A stretch of 64,000 nucleotides of DNA, from positions 608,001 through 672,000 of the forward strand of contig CAWDNU010000001.1 in NCBI GenBank assembly GCA_963803705.1, written 5' to 3'. The notes beneath the pieces were generated by a model. It was not told where the DNA came from. It saw nothing but the letters and a program-made list of their open reading frames with translations, and ran no database searches. Positions within the stretch are counted from its first letter, which is position 1. Each line of letters starts with the position of its first letter. The stretch comes from an uncultured Pseudobdellovibrionaceae bacterium. GTDB lineage: Bacteria > Bdellovibrionota > Bdellovibrionia > Bdellovibrionales > UBA1609. Position numbers and translations under genes: made by a program. Below are positions 10,016 through 20,738 of the stretch, in pieces.

Positions 10016-10204
10016 TATGTAGGCCTAACCGACTTGAATGTAAAGAATTCGTAAGGCGAAAAATGTCACACAAGCCCCATAATGGCAGCTGTCGGCCCCT
10101 CTGTCGGCCCTCCTGGTTCAGCGCCAGGAATCAACTAGCTAAAAGGCTGTTAAGCAAAGCTAATTTAGCCGGATTAAATTACTGATCCATTGATATAGAG
10201 GTTC

Positions 10205-11416
10205 TTACACTAAGATCTCAATTGGCTTTGCGTGATGGTTGTAATCAGAGGCCATGACATACCCGTAAGCCCCAGAATCCATAACAGCTAGTAGGTCTCC
10301 TTCGGAAAGACTGTGGAAACTTCTATCGAACCCTACTACGTCTGAAGATTCACAAATGGGACCAACCACATCAGCTCTGAAAGCAGGCTCTGACTTATCT
10401 TTTCTGAAATGAATAGGCAAAGTACGGTGGTGAGCCTGATACAACGAAGGGCGCATTAGGTGGTGCATCCCGGTGTCCACAATAACAAAATTCTTAAACT
10501 GATTTTTTTTAATATACTGAACTTCGGTGATTAGTACTCCGGATCTTGCAACTAATGACCTGCCTGGCTCTAGATGAAATTTTAAACCCGTGCCGGCTGT
10601 TTTTTTTTGTATCGCGGCCATCCAGTCTTTAATTCTTTGAACCTCTGCTTCTTCATTAGATGAAAAGTAATCGATTCCAATCCCTCCGCCTAAGTCTATG
10701 TCAGAAATATCAAATCCTTTTCTTTTGAAAAACTGAACCGTGTCGAGCAGCTTATCTAAAGAAATAATAAATGGATCCAAAGTTTGAATTTGGGATCCTA
10801 TGTGAAGGCCGACGCAACACAAATTGACGAGCTCTTGAGACTTAAGAAGTTCCGTTATTTCAGAAAAATCATCATAACTCACACCAAATTTATTTTCCCT
10901 AAAACCGGTGGCAATATAAGGGTGAGTTTCAACTGAAATATCGGGATTTATACGTAAGCCGACCTTTACTTTTTTGTTTAAACTTTTAGAAATTTCTATT
11001 ATACGTTTTAATTCTGGAGCGCTTTCCACGTTGATTAAACCAATACCTCTATTGATAGATTCTGTGATTTCGAATTTGGTTTTACCGATTCCTGAAAATA
11101 TAATTTCCCGAGGCTCAAAACCTGCTTCTAAAGCAAGCACGGCTTCACCCCACGATACCACATCTGCAGATAATCCCTGTTTTTTCACTAAGCTTAATAG
11201 GTTCTTGTTTGTATTCGCCTTCAAGGCGTAATGAATGGCGTAATCTAATTTGGATTGATTTACGGTGTAGGCTTGAATTCGATTTTCTATGGACTCAGTG
11301 TTATAAATATAGGTTGGTCGTTCGTATTTCTTCAAGATGTCAGGAATCGCAATGGCGCCACTTACCTTATTAAGATGCAGAATGTTGTCAAGGTAGATGT
11401 AAGATCGAAAACTCAT
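10205..11416 (-). CDS. lysA: Diaminopimelate decarboxylase
   Basis: YALKAN (PLP Lys), THPYIATG..ENKFG, HIGSQI, EPGRSLV, VVGPICESSD, GAYG..MASDYN. Confidence 0.96.
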   Translation of the reverse strand: MSFRSYIYLDNILHLNKVSGAIAIPDILKKYERPTYIYNTESIENRIQAYTVNQSKLDYAIHYALKANTNKNLLSLVKKQGLSADVVSWGEAVLALEAGFEPREIIFSGIGKTKFEITESINRGIGLINVESAPELKRIIEISKSLNKKVKVGLRINPDISVETHPYIATGFRENKFGVSYDDFSEITELLKSQELVNLCCVGLHIGSQIQTLDPFIISLDKLLDTVQFFKRKGFDISDIDLGGGIGIDYFSSNEEAEVQRIKDWMAAIQKKTAGTGLKFHLEPGRSLVARSGVLITEVQYIKKNQFKNFVIVDTGMHHLMRPSLYQAHHRTLPIHFRKDKSEPAFRADVVGPICESSDVVGFDRSFHSLSEGDLLAVMDSGAYGYVMASDYNHHAKPIEILV

Positions 11417-11437
11417 ATAAAATAAAATCCTTTTAGA

Positions 11438-12652
11438 TTACTTTTGATCTAAACCAAATTCTGTGTGCAAAGCAATAACGGCTTCTTTCGCTCTATTTTC
11501 AGGAACTACGGCTGACACTTTAATATCGGAGGTAGTTACCAGTTGAGGCGCTAATTTTAGGTTGGCCAAAACTCTAAAAAACCGTGCTGCAACACCAGAG
11601 TGGTTTCTCATTCCTACCCCGATAATTGAAACTTTAGCCATTTCGTCCATATACTGAACGCTGGCCTTGCTGCCAACAAGATCTTTGACAGTCTGTGAAG
11701 CTATGGTCCAATCACTTTGAGGAATGGAAAAGGCAAGTCGCTGCTTTTCCTCCATTATGGATTGAGAAATAATATCCACTACAACTTCTTTTTCAGAAAG
11801 TTTAGTGAAAAAATCTGATAAGAAATGCTCATTATCAGGTAGCGGAAAGATTTTAATAATGGCTGTTTCCATCTCGTTGGTAACAGCAGATACTACGGGA
11901 TTTTCCATAATTTTTTCCTCAGGTAAGATCCATGTGCCTTCTACATCCTCGAATGCTGAGCGCACATGTAAAGGGGTGTTATATTTTGCGGCAATTTCTA
12001 CGCATCTAAAATGTAGCACTTTTGAACCAAGTGAAGCCATTTCCATCATTTCATCAAAACTAATTTCTTTTATCTTTTTAGCCTTCTCGACTATTCTGGG
12101 GTCAGATGTGTAGACGCCTGAAACATCCGTAAAGATTTCACAAACAGAGCCAGGTAGAGCGGCTGATAAAGCTACAGCAGTGGTGTCTGAACCTCCACGA
12201 CCAAGAGTAGTTACTCTGAAATTCGAATCTACTCCTTGAAAACCTGCTACAATAGGAATTTTATTTTGCTCTAAACTATTCAGTAATTTAGAAGAGTCGA
12301 TACTTTGAATACGTGCTCTGGAAAAAATAGAGTCTGTTTGTATTCCTAACTGAAACCCTAAAAAAGATTCTGTTTGAATACCTCTTTTTTCCAAGGCCAT
12401 TGATAGCAATGACATTGATACTTGTTCTCCCGAAGCGAGCAAAGAATCATAGGCTGGACCGCGGTAATTAGGGTAGATGTCGTTTGCTAAGCGAACAAGC
12501 CTATTGGTTTCCCCCGCCATCGCAGAAACCACAACTATGGGCTTTTGACCCATACCTAGCCCTCGCTGGACTGTATCTGCAACGCTCTCAATTCGCTCGA
12601 TAGAACCAACGGAAGTTCCACCAAATTTTTTGACATATATATTTTTTAGCAT
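11438..12652 (-). CDS. lysC: Aspartate kinase
   Basis: KFGGTSV, VVSAMAGETN, TTLGRGGSDTTA, DV.GVYT.DPR, two ACT domains. Confidence 0.96.
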   Translation of the reverse strand: MLKNIYVKKFGGTSVGSIERIESVADTVQRGLGMGQKPIVVVSAMAGETNRLVRLANDIYPNYRGPAYDSLLASGEQVSMSLLSMALEKRGIQTESFLGFQLGIQTDSIFSRARIQSIDSSKLLNSLEQNKIPIVAGFQGVDSNFRVTTLGRGGSDTTAVALSAALPGSVCEIFTDVSGVYTSDPRIVEKAKKIKEISFDEMMEMASLGSKVLHFRCVEIAAKYNTPLHVRSAFEDVEGTWILPEEKIMENPVVSAVTNEMETAIIKIFPLPDNEHFLSDFFTKLSEKEVVVDIISQSIMEEKQRLAFSIPQSDWTIASQTVKDLVGSKASVQYMDEMAKVSIIGVGMRNHSGVAARFFRVLANLKLAPQLVTTSDIKVSAVVPENRAKEAVIALHTEFGLDQK

Positions 12653-12827
12653 AGATCCAATTTATATTGATTTAGAGGCTTAAAGGCTAGTAGAAATACG
12701 AATTGAAAGAATTACACCTGATCATTGCCGGGTCGCAAAATTGACAATAGCCCCTCTGGAAGTGACTAATGTGAATATTACTATAAATGTCCTATGGATA
12801 TTTGGGGATTAAGATCTGGGGGGATCA

Positions 12828-13538
12828 ATGTATAAAAATTATTCTACAGCTATATTTGCTTTTTTAAGCTTAACGATTTTTTGTCAGTTAACGTTAGCGT
12901 CGCCATCAACATCAATGGCTAGAGTGCCACATATATTTACAGGAAATTCACCGGCACCAGAATACCAAAGTTACCCCAAGTACCAAAATAAGGTAGATCA
13001 GCGGGACTCCACCGACTTTAATAGCTATTATTTAAATTTAGAAAAAGTGAATGCATTGTCCAAGGCGGGTCAGGTGCGAAGTGTACACGCACATGTCAGA
13101 AACATTGCTAAAGACGGGATTTGTGCTGGTACTTGTTTTAGAGTTTTTATTTACGTAAATGGTGATGTAAAAAGTGGCGAGCATGTGGCTACTTTTGCGG
13201 TGTCCCCGGGAACCGGTCGAAGAACACCACTGGCGAACAATGCTCCACTTAGACGATTTACTCGCTCGCTTACAAGCTTTGAGCGACCAACGCAATATTA
13301 TAATTACGACATGTACAGAATTTACGGCTCTAAATCTTATCCAGGCAAAATTCCGAATATGCCAAATGCGATGTTCTTTATGGATGCGATTGCACTGCAT
13401 GGATCCTTTGACACGGTCGATGGAGAAAAAAGGTCACATGGATGCATAAGAATGTTTCCGGATGAATCATACTTCGTGCATAGTTTAGCTATCTTGGCCG
13501 AAGGTAATATGACATTTGACGTTTTACATACGCGGTAA
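12828..13538 (+). CDS. L,D-transpeptidase (YkuD family), exported
   Basis: Signal peptide; MPNAMFF..AIALHGS....RSHGCIRM catalytic motif. Confidence 0.85.
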   Translation: MYKNYSTAIFAFLSLTIFCQLTLASPSTSMARVPHIFTGNSPAPEYQSYPKYQNKVDQRDSTDFNSYYLNLEKVNALSKAGQVRSVHAHVRNIAKDGICAGTCFRVFIYVNGDVKSGEHVATFAVSPGTGRRTPLANNAPLRRFTRSLTSFERPTQYYNYDMYRIYGSKSYPGKIPNMPNAMFFMDAIALHGSFDTVDGEKRSHGCIRMFPDESYFVHSLAILAEGNMTFDVLHTR

Positions 13539-13545
13539 ATGCTTT

Positions 13546-14295
13546 TTAAAAATTTGTTTTTAAGTCTAAAACTACATAATTGAACCAAGAAAAAGTGAAA
13601 ACTTTTTCGTTGTCGGCGCCGCCCTCAAGTGTTCTAAAGCCAAGTCCTAGAGTTGAGTTTTCACAAATTTTTCTTCTAACTTTCAAAGCTGCGTCTATTG
13701 CTCTGCCCTGTGGGGCTACAGCTGCATCCACTTGAAAATTTAGAAACCATTTTGATGCAAAGTTTTTCTGATATTCAAAGTAGATTAGTGGCACTAAACC
13801 AAAGTTCTTATAAGATTCATTTGTGGTCCCTTGCGACAGAGTGATTTTGGCATCTCGAGCTTTCGCAGTAAAACCAAGATTTATCTGATTTTCGCCAAAC
13901 CCCCAGAAGCCATAAATATATGATACTCGATAAGAATTAAACTGATAATTGACTGCTAGGTCTTGGGTGTTCGGGAACAGAGTTCCATTGAAATTTACAT
14001 CTTGGCTTGCTCGACCTCTGACATTTAACTCAGAAGGTGCATACAGACCTCTAACAGCGTGGTGATCATTGAATCTGTAAACACTCTCTAGCCTATAGTG
14101 AAAAAAAGGACCGTCATCAATGCCGTCGATTTCCAGTCGGGTTCCACCACTATTCGGAGGAATCTGCACGTCGTTACGGTTCTGCCAAACCGCTCCGGTT
14201 TCAACTGTCAAATCGATATTGTTTTTTGCGTAACTGTTTTGGTAAGTAAAAAATAAAAATATAGCAAATGACAACATTATGAAATTAAAAAACAT
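13546..14295 (-). CDS. Outer-membrane beta-barrel protein
   Basis: Signal peptide, alternating amphipathic strands, C-terminal Phe. Confidence 0.7.
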   Translation of the reverse strand: MFFNFIMLSFAIFLFFTYQNSYAKNNIDLTVETGAVWQNRNDVQIPPNSGGTRLEIDGIDDGPFFHYRLESVYRFNDHHAVRGLYAPSELNVRGRASQDVNFNGTLFPNTQDLAVNYQFNSYRVSYIYGFWGFGENQINLGFTAKARDAKITLSQGTTNESYKNFGLVPLIYFEYQKNFASKWFLNFQVDAAVAPQGRAIDAALKVRRKICENSTLGLGFRTLEGGADNEKVFTFSWFNYVVLDLKTNF

Positions 14296-14432
14296 AGATA
14301 ACTTCCCCCCTGACGCACTTTCGATTAAATGATTACTATAAATAATTTGGTGAAGTTTTAGTAGTTACTAATTATTAAACTAGCAGCGACTAAACCAGCT
14401 GCGTAGTTGGTAGCAGAAATTTTAGATCATTT

Positions 14433-14557
14433 GGGCCTGTTGAAAAAGCACCATCTTCGTTGTTGCCTTCGCTTAAATCTCATTCGACGTAGATAAACTA
14501 CGACTCATTCGATTTTAAGCTTGGACGCCTAGAATCTAATACTTTTTTAACAGGCCC
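14433..14557. repeat. 125-bp MITE/REP-like element, copy 2
   Basis: Matches 5786-5910 at all but 4 positions; same orientation. Confidence 0.88.
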
Positions 14558-14653
14558 ATCTGGTTACTGACTTAAAAAAGAGCTTAAACATAATTTTTTT
14601 GTACACTATTTTGTGGAACCACCCATGGGTTCTGCTGTGTAAATACAAGATAT

Positions 14654-14729
14654 TGGCGTTCCCTACGGGAGTCGAACCCGTGTCTCATCCGTGAAAGGGA
14701 CGTGTCCTAGGCCTCTAGACGAAGGGAAC
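14654..14729 (-). tRNA. tRNA-Glu(TTC)
   Basis: Cloverleaf; anticodon arm CGTCC-CTTTCAC-GGATG; GGTTCGA T-arm; encoded CCA. Confidence 0.96.
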
Positions 14730-14741
14730 AATTAGACAAAA

Positions 14742-14817
14742 TGGTGATCCGTCATGGGCTCGAACCATGGACCCTCTCCTTAAAAGGGAGATGCTCTACC
14801 AACTGAGCTAACGGATC
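14742..14817 (-). tRNA. tRNA-Lys(TTT)
   Basis: GATCCGTTAGCTCAGTTGGTAGAGC; anticodon arm TCTCC-CTTTTAA-GGAGA; encoded CCA. Confidence 0.96.
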
Positions 14818-14889
14818 AGCAAGAGCTCCTAAATTCAATTTTTAACGTAAAATAGTCAACCCTTTTTCTACATTTTTAAAAAAATTAAT

Positions 14890-16221
<1,332 letters not shown>

Positions 16222-16306
16222 TCAGTAATCGATTCCCCATTGTTGCTGCGCCTTAAGCGTTTTACAATACGCTTTTGGGCTTGCGCGCGGCCCCATGCTT
16301 TCGGGC

Positions 16307-17284
16307 TTATAGATTTTTAGCCCAGGGGACGTTTGGAGGCAAAGAGTTTCGTGGCTTATGCCCTTCAGTAAAATATTTGATTAAAACATCGGAGGCTTCA
16401 AGACAAGATTTTTCAAAAGCCTGTTTGGTGTAGGCTCCAAGGTGGGGAGACCAAAAAATTTTTGGATGCTGCCGGATTATTGAGTCAGAATTTAACGGCT
16501 CTGATTCGAAGGTGTCTAGCCCTACATGCTGTAAAATTCCTTGGTCCAAAGCCTCTAACATGTCATGGGTATTTACTAATTCGCCACGTGCACAATTAAT
16601 TAAAATTTTGTCTACTCCGAAATGGGCCAGGGTATGACGATCAATAATCCACCTAGTCTCTGAAGTTAGAGGTGTATGAAGAGTAATAGCATCGCAATGA
16701 GTGAAAAGTTCTAAGCGTCCTAGTTTTTCAAGTCGTGAATCGACAACATCACCTACATTCAGATAGGGATCATGGTAGTAAACTTTTAGCCCTAGGCTTA
16801 GGGCTCTGCTTGCGACCTCCCTGCCGATGCGTCCTAATCCAAGAATACCTAAGCTTCGTCCATTAGCTTCAGTTCCTAAGTTCAACTGGTTTTTCCACTT
16901 GAACTTGGGATTTGAAATAGAATAAGCAAAGTTATTTCTTAAGGACATTAGAAGATGAAGTATAGTTAAGTCTGCAGTGCTTAAGACATTCGCTTCTGGT
17001 GTGTAAAAGGTAAGTATAGCTCTGTTTTCTAGAGTTTTAAAATCAATATGATCAAACCCACTGGTAGCTGTGCCGACAATTTTTAAGTCTTTATAATGAT
17101 GGATAAGTTTTTCATTTAAGCTGGTTTGGGACCTTACCATTAAGGCCACGACATTTTCGGATTCATGTTCTAATAAGTTAAAGGATGAAAGTCTTAACAC
17201 TTGGAATTGTGGCAGGTGAGCGCTGAGCTTGGCTTGAACCCATAGAGGTATTTGAGTTGTGAGATAGATTTTTTTTAAACTCAT
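16307..17284 (-). CDS. D-isomer-specific 2-hydroxyacid dehydrogenase (SerA-like, no ACT domain)
   Basis: GFDHID, GLGRIG, HTPLT.ET, INCARG, PHLGA. Confidence 0.85.
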   Translation of the reverse strand: MSLKKIYLTTQIPLWVQAKLSAHLPQFQVLRLSSFNLLEHESENVVALMVRSQTSLNEKLIHHYKDLKIVGTATSGFDHIDFKTLENRAILTFYTPEANVLSTADLTILHLLMSLRNNFAYSISNPKFKWKNQLNLGTEANGRSLGILGLGRIGREVASRALSLGLKVYYHDPYLNVGDVVDSRLEKLGRLELFTHCDAITLHTPLTSETRWIIDRHTLAHFGVDKILINCARGELVNTHDMLEALDQGILQHVGLDTFESEPLNSDSIIRQHPKIFWSPHLGAYTKQAFEKSCLEASDVLIKYFTEGHKPRNSLPPNVPWAKNL

Positions 17285-18372
17285 TTTGAAAAACTCTTAA
17301 AGACTTCTTTAAAAATAGCCATCGCTTTGTCTTGTGTATCTTGAGTTATGTGGCCCATGTGACCCCATCTTAAGATTTTGTCTTTCAAATCACCCTGACC
17401 ACCCGCTAGGTAAAGACCACTATGTAACAACGATTTCTGAAATTCTTTTACGTTAATGTTTCTGGGTAGATAAAATGCACTAAGTGAAGGAGAGGGATCT
17501 TCGCTAAAATAGCAACAGCCTAAATCTTCTAAAAAATTTCTTGTTTGCTTCTGCCAGTTCAGACTTTGTTCAAAATAATTGTTCCACCCTAAAGATTCGA
17601 TGGTATTAAGCCTGTTATGCAATGCATAGATCATGTTTACTGGGCTACTGAAGTTGGTTGTGTTTTGAATATTCATTTTTTTTTCAGGAACAAGGTCAAA
17701 ATAAAATCTTGGTGTTGTAGATTTTAAGACCTTGTCCCAAGCACGGTCTGAAAAACTGATAAATGATAAGCCAGTCATTAAACCTAAAGATTTTTGCGAT
17801 CCTGCAATAAGTCCGTCAATTTTATATTCATCCATTGGCAAGTTCATACAACCAACCGCCGTTATTCCATCGACTAACAACAGGCAGTCTGGTTGCATTT
17901 CACGTAAGACTTCAGAGATTTCGTTTATTGGATATTTAGTCGCCGTAGACGTTTCGCACGCATGGATTAAAAAGGCCTCGTAGGGCTTATTAGAAAGTTT
18001 TTTTTTGAACAAGTCCATATCAAATTTTTGGCCCCAAGGTTGGGTCATGGTATCGACTTTACATTCAAATTTACTAGCCATCTGGGTCCATCGCTCACCA
18101 AACTTTCCGGCTTCAAAACTTAGTACATGAGATGACGGTGATAAAGGATTCACAAGGCAAGCTTCCATGGCTCCAGTACCAGTGGCATTTAACAAAAATA
18201 CGTGATTATCTGTTTGAAAAAAATTTTTTAATTTTTTTAGGACATTGGCAAAAATAACTTCAAATTGTGGTGTTCTGTGATGAATGGGGTGTTGGGCCAA
18301 AGCCTTTAAATCTTCACTGGCAATTTGAGTCGGTCCTGGACTAAAAAGCAGTGTAATATCAGATTCTTTCAT
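17281..18372 (-). CDS. Class V PLP aminotransferase (serine-pyruvate/alanine-glyoxylate-like)
   Basis: PGPT, HHRT, TGTGAME, GKFGERW, ETST, GSQKSL (PLP Lys), RWGHMG. Confidence 0.88.
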   Translation of the reverse strand: MKESDITLLFSPGPTQIASEDLKALAQHPIHHRTPQFEVIFANVLKKLKNFFQTDNHVFLLNATGTGAMEACLVNPLSPSSHVLSFEAGKFGERWTQMASKFECKVDTMTQPWGQKFDMDLFKKKLSNKPYEAFLIHACETSTATKYPINEISEVLREMQPDCLLLVDGITAVGCMNLPMDEYKIDGLIAGSQKSLGLMTGLSFISFSDRAWDKVLKSTTPRFYFDLVPEKKMNIQNTTNFSSPVNMIYALHNRLNTIESLGWNNYFEQSLNWQKQTRNFLEDLGCCYFSEDPSPSLSAFYLPRNINVKEFQKSLLHSGLYLAGGQGDLKDKILRWGHMGHITQDTQDKAMAIFKEVFKSFSK

Positions 18373-18600
18373 AAACTTGTTCTATCACTTATTCGGTCCA
18401 TTATTAAAGCGATAAAATAGAGGTGAGTGAATAATATATTGGCCTGAGCTAGTGAAAGTTGTACACCTAAAGATGGTGATCACTTGTTACGACACCTTCG
18501 ACGTATTACAGTATCGACTTAGAGCTGCGCTTTCCTATGGCCTATTTTGGGCGAGCAACGAAATCGGAAGCTAGTTATCAGCGGTGGGACTTATAGAATT

Positions 18601-19194
18601 ATGATTTTGGGTCAAATTTTTAGCAAGTTATACATTATGATTTTCATCCTAACTTCCGGGTGCGGTTATCAGTTTGGCTATGGCAATCGTTCCCTTCCTA
18701 TGGGTGTGAAAAGTGTTTACATACCTATATTCAAAAATGAAACCTATCAAACTGGCGCTGAGGTACAATTTACAAACGCTTTGATTGCAGAAATTCACGA
18801 TTCTAAAATCGCTAGAATTGCAGATAAAAAAAGTGCAGAAGCCACTCTGAAGGGCAGAGTTATACGTGTCGACTTTGAGCAAGCCAATATTGATAGTAGA
18901 ACTCGAGATGAAGATACAAAAACTTCAGGTATCCGAAATTTACCCCGGGGTACAGTCATAACTACGGAGTATTTGGCTAGAATAACTTTGGAAGTTCAAA
19001 TGTACAAAGACGGTAAATTAGTATGGAAGCAATGGTTAAGGGATGAGCGCCTTTACGATGCACCACAGTTAGGCCTTGAAGGAATCAATACGGCCAACGC
19101 AAATTACAACAGAACCGCAAGAGAGCGTGTGGTAAACGATTTAGCTAGAGTGATGATGCATGAATTGTATGGACGTCTTACAGAAAATTTTTAG
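18601..19194 (+). CDS. lptE: LPS assembly lipoprotein LptE
   Basis: Lipobox TSGCGY, SVYIPIFKNET; directly upstream of holA; start uncertain. Confidence 0.8.
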   Translation: MILGQIFSKLYIMIFILTSGCGYQFGYGNRSLPMGVKSVYIPIFKNETYQTGAEVQFTNALIAEIHDSKIARIADKKSAEATLKGRVIRVDFEQANIDSRTRDEDTKTSGIRNLPRGTVITTEYLARITLEVQMYKDGKLVWKQWLRDERLYDAPQLGLEGINTANANYNRTARERVVNDLARVMMHELYGRLTENF

Positions 19195-19277
19195 TTTTAC
19201 GCATCGATAGCAATTTGATTTCAAAACAATCTAGCTTTATGTTGGCAATCCTTAGCTCTTTCGTTTAATCTTAAGGT

Positions 19278-20339
19278 ATGACAAAGTCTTGGGATTTAAG
19301 AACACTCCAACAAAGCTTCACGGCAAACAAGGTTTGCACATCTTACACTGTAACCGGTGAAGATTCTTACTTAGTCCAAGAGGCATTGACCAATATAAAA
19401 TCCTACTTCGAAAACTTAGGTGTGAACTTTGATTTCAATTTTGATTGTATCTATTTCAGCGAAAAGAAAGCGGCTGACATTGTAGATATCATTGAAACTC
19501 TGCCAATGATGTCGCCATATAGACTCGTTGTTATAAAAGAGGCTCATCTGATTAAAGAAAAAGATTGGGAGATGCTTAAAAAATCGATTGATAAAGGGCT
19601 TTCACAAACCGTCATAGTTTTTGTACATGAGGCAAAATTCGATAAACGAAAAAAAATATATAAGTGGATTTCAAGCGAAACTCAAGTAGTTGAGCTAATA
19701 ACACCTTACGAAAACCAAGTGCCAGTGTGGATACATTACATGGCTCAAAAAAGTGATTTAACACTAGATCAGGGAGCGGCTTTACAATTATTGCATCTGG
19801 TTGGCGTAGACTTAATTGAAATCAATAATGAAATTTTAAAGCTCAAGAGTTTTTTTTACGGACAGAAATCTAGTCTTGAAATCAACGATATTTTAAAAGT
19901 TGTTTCAAAAAAAAGAATTGAAAACATATTTGACCTTACTGCTGCCATCGCTTCAGGGCATAAATCTTTGGCTCTTCAGCTTTTGGCTGATCTATTAGAC
20001 CAGGGGCAAAACGAGGTAGGGATAGTATCACTTATCAGTCGCCACATGAGAATTTTAAATAAGGTTATAGAAAACTCAGGACTAAATTTATCACAAAAAC
20101 AGTTGGCAGCTAAGGTTGCTGTTTCACCTTTTTTTGTAAGCCAATATATAGAGCAAAGCAAAAAGTGGGACCTGCAAAAAATGAACTGTATATTTGAACT
20201 ATTACTTGATACAGATAAGGCTTTAAAAAGCTCGCCTATATCTTCCAAAATTTGGCTAGAGAATTTTATTATACAGGCTTGTTACTTGTCATCAGCGGTA
20301 AGCAGCCACTTAACTAGCAAAGAGCTAAATCAATATTAG
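19278..20339 (+). CDS. holA: DNA polymerase III delta subunit
   Basis: GEDSYL, TLPMMSPYRLVVIK, EILKL, IFDL, D.ALKSS; lptE-holA-rpsT synteny. Confidence 0.9.
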   Translation: MTKSWDLRTLQQSFTANKVCTSYTVTGEDSYLVQEALTNIKSYFENLGVNFDFNFDCIYFSEKKAADIVDIIETLPMMSPYRLVVIKEAHLIKEKDWEMLKKSIDKGLSQTVIVFVHEAKFDKRKKIYKWISSETQVVELITPYENQVPVWIHYMAQKSDLTLDQGAALQLLHLVGVDLIEINNEILKLKSFFYGQKSSLEINDILKVVSKKRIENIFDLTAAIASGHKSLALQLLADLLDQGQNEVGIVSLISRHMRILNKVIENSGLNLSQKQLAAKVAVSPFFVSQYIEQSKKWDLQKMNCIFELLLDTDKALKSSPISSKIWLENFIIQACYLSSAVSSHLTSKELNQY

Positions 20340-20358
20340 CCCGAAATAGAGCTAACTT

Positions 20359-20628
20359 TTAGGACGGGCTGATTGTATTTATATATGACGAAAGTCTAGA
20401 GACTTTTCTAGAAGCTGTGTTTCTGTGAAACAGACCCTTTTTTGCCGCTTTATCAACCCGACTAGAAAAATCTTTTAGCATCTTTTGAGCTGCTTCCTTA
20501 TCACCACTAGTTACGGCTGCTCTAACCTTTTTTTCAATTGTTCTAACACCAGCTTTTGTGTGAGTGTTGGTAGCATTTTTTTTTACTGTTTGGCGTGCTC
20601 TTTTAGCTGCCGATTTGTGATTTGCCAT
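20359..20628 (-). CDS. rpsT: 30S ribosomal protein S20
   Basis: MANHKSAAKRARQ, DKAAKKG.FH.NTASRKVSRL. Confidence 0.97.
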   Translation of the reverse strand: MANHKSAAKRARQTVKKNATNTHTKAGVRTIEKKVRAAVTSGDKEAAQKMLKDFSSRVDKAAKKGLFHRNTASRKVSRLSSYINTISPS

Positions 20629-20738
20629 TTAATTCCTTTTTACTTTTCGTTGCATAAAATCAAAGGCCATTTAATTATCATAGGTAAGGGGTATACGCAA
20701 GAAACAACAAAATCTTTGAATTTAGGGTTTAAACAAAA

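Noticed and set aside
19242..19257. TGGCA...GC upstream of holA as a sigma-54 promoter
   Set aside because: GG-to-GC spacing is 9, not the required 10.
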